Shown: piece by piece, positions 60,281-64,000 of the stretch
Numbering within the stretch: the stretch's first letter is position 1
Layout: the number at the start of each line of letters is the position of its first letter
Assembly: GCA_964016885.1 (NCBI GenBank)
Contig: OZ024741.1
Location: 273,296,001-273,360,000 of the forward strand
DNA length: 64,000 bases
Direction: 5' to 3'
Source: Eledone cirrhosa
Taxonomy: Eukaryota
Made by a program: the position numbers and the translations under genes
The notes under the pieces: generated by a model
The model's database searches: none
Told to the model about the DNA's origin: nothing
What the model saw: only the letters and a program-made list of their open reading frames with translations

Positions 60281-63206
60281 TTATTGTTCATTTAGCTTGG
60301 GTTTGAATTTATCAATAAAATTATTTTCTTTGATTTTTCTCTTGATTTCACTTGGGCTGTGTAATTTGTAGAATGGGAATATTATAAATATTCCCTGACC
60401 ACATGTTGCCAGGTGGCCGCTTAGGGGTATCTGACGGACATTTGGGTCTCTGATTTGTTGACGGTGTACCCGTGCACGTTCCGATAGTGCATTTCCAGTT
60501 TGACCGACATATAGTTCTTCACAATTCGGGCATTTAATGCAGTAAATTAGATTTCTGCTTTTGCAGTTCATATTTGCATTTGGGAATATTTTTCAAGTTT
60601 TTGTTTTCATATATTGACCGGCGTGTATGGATTGACATGTGCCGCATCGATTATCATTGCATTTAGATACAGTGAATGATTGGTCTTTGTTGTTAAGGTC
60701 AAACTTTGCTTTTGTTAGCAATTGCTTCAAATTTTTTGGCTGTCTTTTACTAAGAGTCAAAGATCGATCTGTGATTAAGCCTTTTAATTCATTACTTTGA
60801 GCAATGATCGGTAGGTTTGCTTTGGCAGTGTTGAAGATATTCTGGTGACATGGGTTGTGTGTCATTATAAATGGTATGACCAGTTCTTGGTTTCTTCTTC
60901 CTTGGGTTGTTCTAAGTTGTTGTATAGGTATTTTTATAGCCCGCTGTATGCCATTTTCTATAAGTAGAGATGGGTATTTTTGTTTGAGCAAAAATTCTCT
61001 TAGTTCTGTTAGGCGTTTGTACCTGGTATTCGTATCTTCTACAATGGTACAAATTCTTCTGGCTAGGCAGTATGGGATGTTGCGTTTTGTATGAGGTGGA
61101 TGGCACGACTTAAAATTCAGATATTGATGGGTGTCTGTGTGTTTATAATATATATCCGTGGTAATGGTGGTGTCGTTTTTGATTATCATTATATCTAGGA
61201 ATGGTAATTTGGTCCTACTCATCTCTTTTGTGAATTGGAGAGATGGGTGTAGGTTATTCAGGAGGATATTGAACTCATCCAGAGTATCTAGAGATTCTGT
61301 CCAGATGGTGAAACAGTCGTCAAGGTATCTCTTCCAAGATTTTCAATGTACTTTCTAAAGTCAGTACTATATTTTTCCTCTATTTCTTGGTAGAGTTGTT
61401 GTTCTAAGTATCCCATTACAGAGTTCGCGTAAACGGGAGCAAACTTCGTTCCCATCGCTGTGCCTCTAATTTGGATGTAATTCTTTCCATTGAAGAAGAA
61501 AGTGTTGTTTTCCAGAATAAGTTTAACTGCGTCTAATATAAATGGCGCTGTGAATCTAATGGGAATCACTTCTCTATGTTTTTCCACCCAGTATTTAACC
61601 GCCTTTATTCCTAAATCATGTGTAATGTTGGTGTAAAGGCTTACCACATCAAAACTGAGTAGAAGTGAATTCGTTTCCGTGGTTTTAGGAAGATGGGACA
61701 GGAAGTCGATATCATCCCGGGTGAAATTGGTATGTGAATACATAGTGGTTTCAAAATAATGTCAACAAAATTGCTTAGACGGTGGGTGGGGCATGTTGGA
61801 CCAGCTATAATAGGTCTAAGTTTTAAGTCTTTTGGGTGTAATAATTTAATGTACTCACTGTTTTGTTCTCTTACTGCCAGTTGTATTTCTTTTGACTTGT
61901 GAACTTTCGGTAGGCCATACAGGTTGCTGGGTTTCGGCTCAAAATTGGTGATGTAGTCTCTTTCCTTATCGGTAAATGAGTTGTGGGATTTTGAAGCCAG
62001 GTTGTTGATCTTCTTCATGATGTTGTGGTCTATATTTGACGGTATTTCATGATAGAATGTTGTGTCTTTCAGTTGTTCCTCAACCAAATCCTTGTAGTAT
62101 TCAGTATCCATTATAACAACTGCACCCCCTTTATCTGCTTGTTTAATTATTATTGTTTTATCATTTTGTATACGTTTAAGTGCAGACATTTCTGATTTGT
62201 TAATGTTTGGCCTAACATTAGTATTATGTCTAAGAGGAAATTTAGACAGGATGTCAATGTATTGGTCGAGATAGATATTTCTTCCTTTTGCCGGAGTGAA
62301 ATTTGATTTATTCTTTACTAGTGATTCATCACTCTCATTATTTTTATCAGCGAAGAATTCTACAAGACGTAATTTTCGACAGAATTCTTGGGTATCCTCC
62401 TTCAGTTCTTGGTGGTTGACTGTTGGAGTCGGTGTGAATTTCAGTCCTTTTGACAGAATTTGCATTTCATCATTGTCAAGATCTCTTTTAGATAAATTAA
62501 TTATTTTATGATCTACGTGTACAGCTGTTTTGGGTATGTTTCCTCCTGGAGTTTTTCTTTTTCCGGTTTTTGTTGTCCTGACGTTAAAAAATGAATTTTT
62601 CTCTGTTCAGGATTTATATTCCTGTTGGTGTTCGCTTGATGAACTTTTGGTCGTGATATTATATTTGGTTTCGTTATGTATTTTGTCCTATTTTTGGTAT
62701 TCTGTATATTATTTTTCTTCCTGTTAGCATTATTTTTAACAATCTGGGAAAATGACCTAGGTTTGCTTTCAGGTTTAGATCGTTTTTTCGTCCAGTTTCT
62801 TGTGGGCAATCTCTGTTGAGATCTTGAGAGTGATCTGGTTATTCTACGTTTTGTTTCCACATTCCTTGTTGGTAGTCTCTGTTGAGATCTTGAGAATGAT
62901 CTCCTGGTTTTACTACTTCTCATGGTCTGGTCAAAGGAATACCTATCGTGTTTGTGCTTTTTGTTCATGTTGTGTGCGATAGGGTGTTTTTGTAGAAAAA
63001 GCGAAGAGTTATTACCGTAGTTCTTCTTTGATTCAAGGTAAGGTGAGTGTTTGTGTTGGCACGTGTTCTGGCGTATGTTGTGTTGATGAGTTTGTCCACT
63101 TTTAATGCTTTTTCTCAGGGTTCCAGAGTCTTTACCGTAATTTGCAGCATATTCATCGAGAAATAATTGTTTCTGCTGCCATACCTTTCTTGATTTGTTT
63201 TCTTCT
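60281..63206 (-). pseudogene. Frameshifted PLE polyprotein (basic N terminus, RT, GIY-YIG)
   Basis: [68 protein letters not shown]. Confidence 0.9.
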
Positions 63207-63243
63207 AGTTGAAAATTGCAAACTCGACTGTCACCACATATCA

Positions 63244-63282
63244 TGAACCTGAAGATTGCGAAAGCATGAAAGTACTTGTTCA
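63244..63282 (+). ncRNA. Minimal type I HHR (inverted pLTR copy)
   Basis: Same sequence as the HHR at 59865-59903, opposite orientation. Confidence 0.85.
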
Positions 63283-63558
63283 ATTAACACTTAGAATTTA
63301 ATATTCTATCATACTATTTCATTATAATACCATTATATATATTTTAAAGGATTGTAAATAAAACGAGTAAATCAGACAAAGTTGGAATTCCTCTTATTAA
63401 TATATATATATGTATATACATATATATATATATAAATATGTATGTATATATATATATATATGTATATACATATATATATATATATAAATATGTATGTATA
63501 TATATATGTATATGATAAAGAACACAAGAGCGTCTACAACATCAAACATTTTTAATTG

Positions 63559-63603
63559 GCTTACAATGTTTCTTCCTTACGTAACCGTAGGATTCTTCAA
63601 AGC
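63559..63603 (-). ncRNA. Minimal HHR (U3 variant), likely the 3' pLTR of an element extending past the window
   Basis: gct-TTGAAGA-atcctacg/gtta/cgtaaggaa-GAAA-cattg-TA-agc. Confidence 0.65.
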
Positions 63604-64000
63604 TATAAAAGGGGTTTGATTGGTGTTATGGACTCTACCAACCAAACATTCAAGAACAAAGAGTAAAGAGAGTAAAGAGCAAAAGCAGGGGACAATAAGT
63701 CTAATTTAGTTGCGGGAGGGGAGGTGTGGGTCCTTGTTTACTAGCTGTGGTCATATTCATTCCCGGGAGTCGAGTGGTTAGTGGAGCCATAGATGGGGTG
63801 GCATTGATAGTAGGGTGCAGAAGGTGTGCAGAGGCTACACACACACAAAGGGCATATATGGTAGTGTATCGAAGACCAGAAAACCATACTCCATAATATA
63901 GAACCAAGTGACTTATTTATGCGACCAAAATAACACTACACACATATTGGGTCAGCAACGAACAAGGAATTTTGGATGCACCGTCAATGACCGGGTAAGC

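Larger units (their letters stand above)
59694..63404 (-). mobile_element. Neptune-like PLE with inverted pLTR at its 5' end
   Basis: 198-bp inverted repeats 59743-59940 and 63207-63404 around a frameshifted RT-GIY-YIG ORF. Confidence 0.92.

Noticed and set aside
63701-63907. 68-aa ORF at the window edge
   Set aside because: No recognisable motif; probably UTR of the element carrying the 63559 HHR

Overview
Non-genic, repeat-saturated animal DNA; probably a coleoid cephalopod (octopus), inferred from the SINE types and the huge (TA)n arrays. About half the window is imperfect (TA)n microsatellite, so nearly all Tyr/Ile/Met/Val/His-rich ORFs in the track are artefacts. The arrays are studded with retroelements: four coding Penelope-like elements (PLEs; RT plus GIY-YIG; Neptune-, Nematis- and Naiad-like), RTE, CR1 and R4/Dong LINE pieces, a bipartite RTE-derived SINE and tRNA SINEs. 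A decayed hAT transposon lies outside the arrays. About 20 type I hammerhead ribozyme (HHR) motifs were read by eye, several with very large stem II insertions. Most notable: (1) retrozyme-like non-coding units of 520, 653, 494 and ~167 bp with terminal direct repeats, the first two with intact HHRs; (2) about ten fold-back insertions, with one PLE family reusing the same two end points 60 nt apart, consistent with twin priming from both strands of the self-complementary (TA)n target; (3) a window-wide A-to-G polarity in the arrays. No host gene is confidently identified. Folding and family calls are manual and need computational confirmation.
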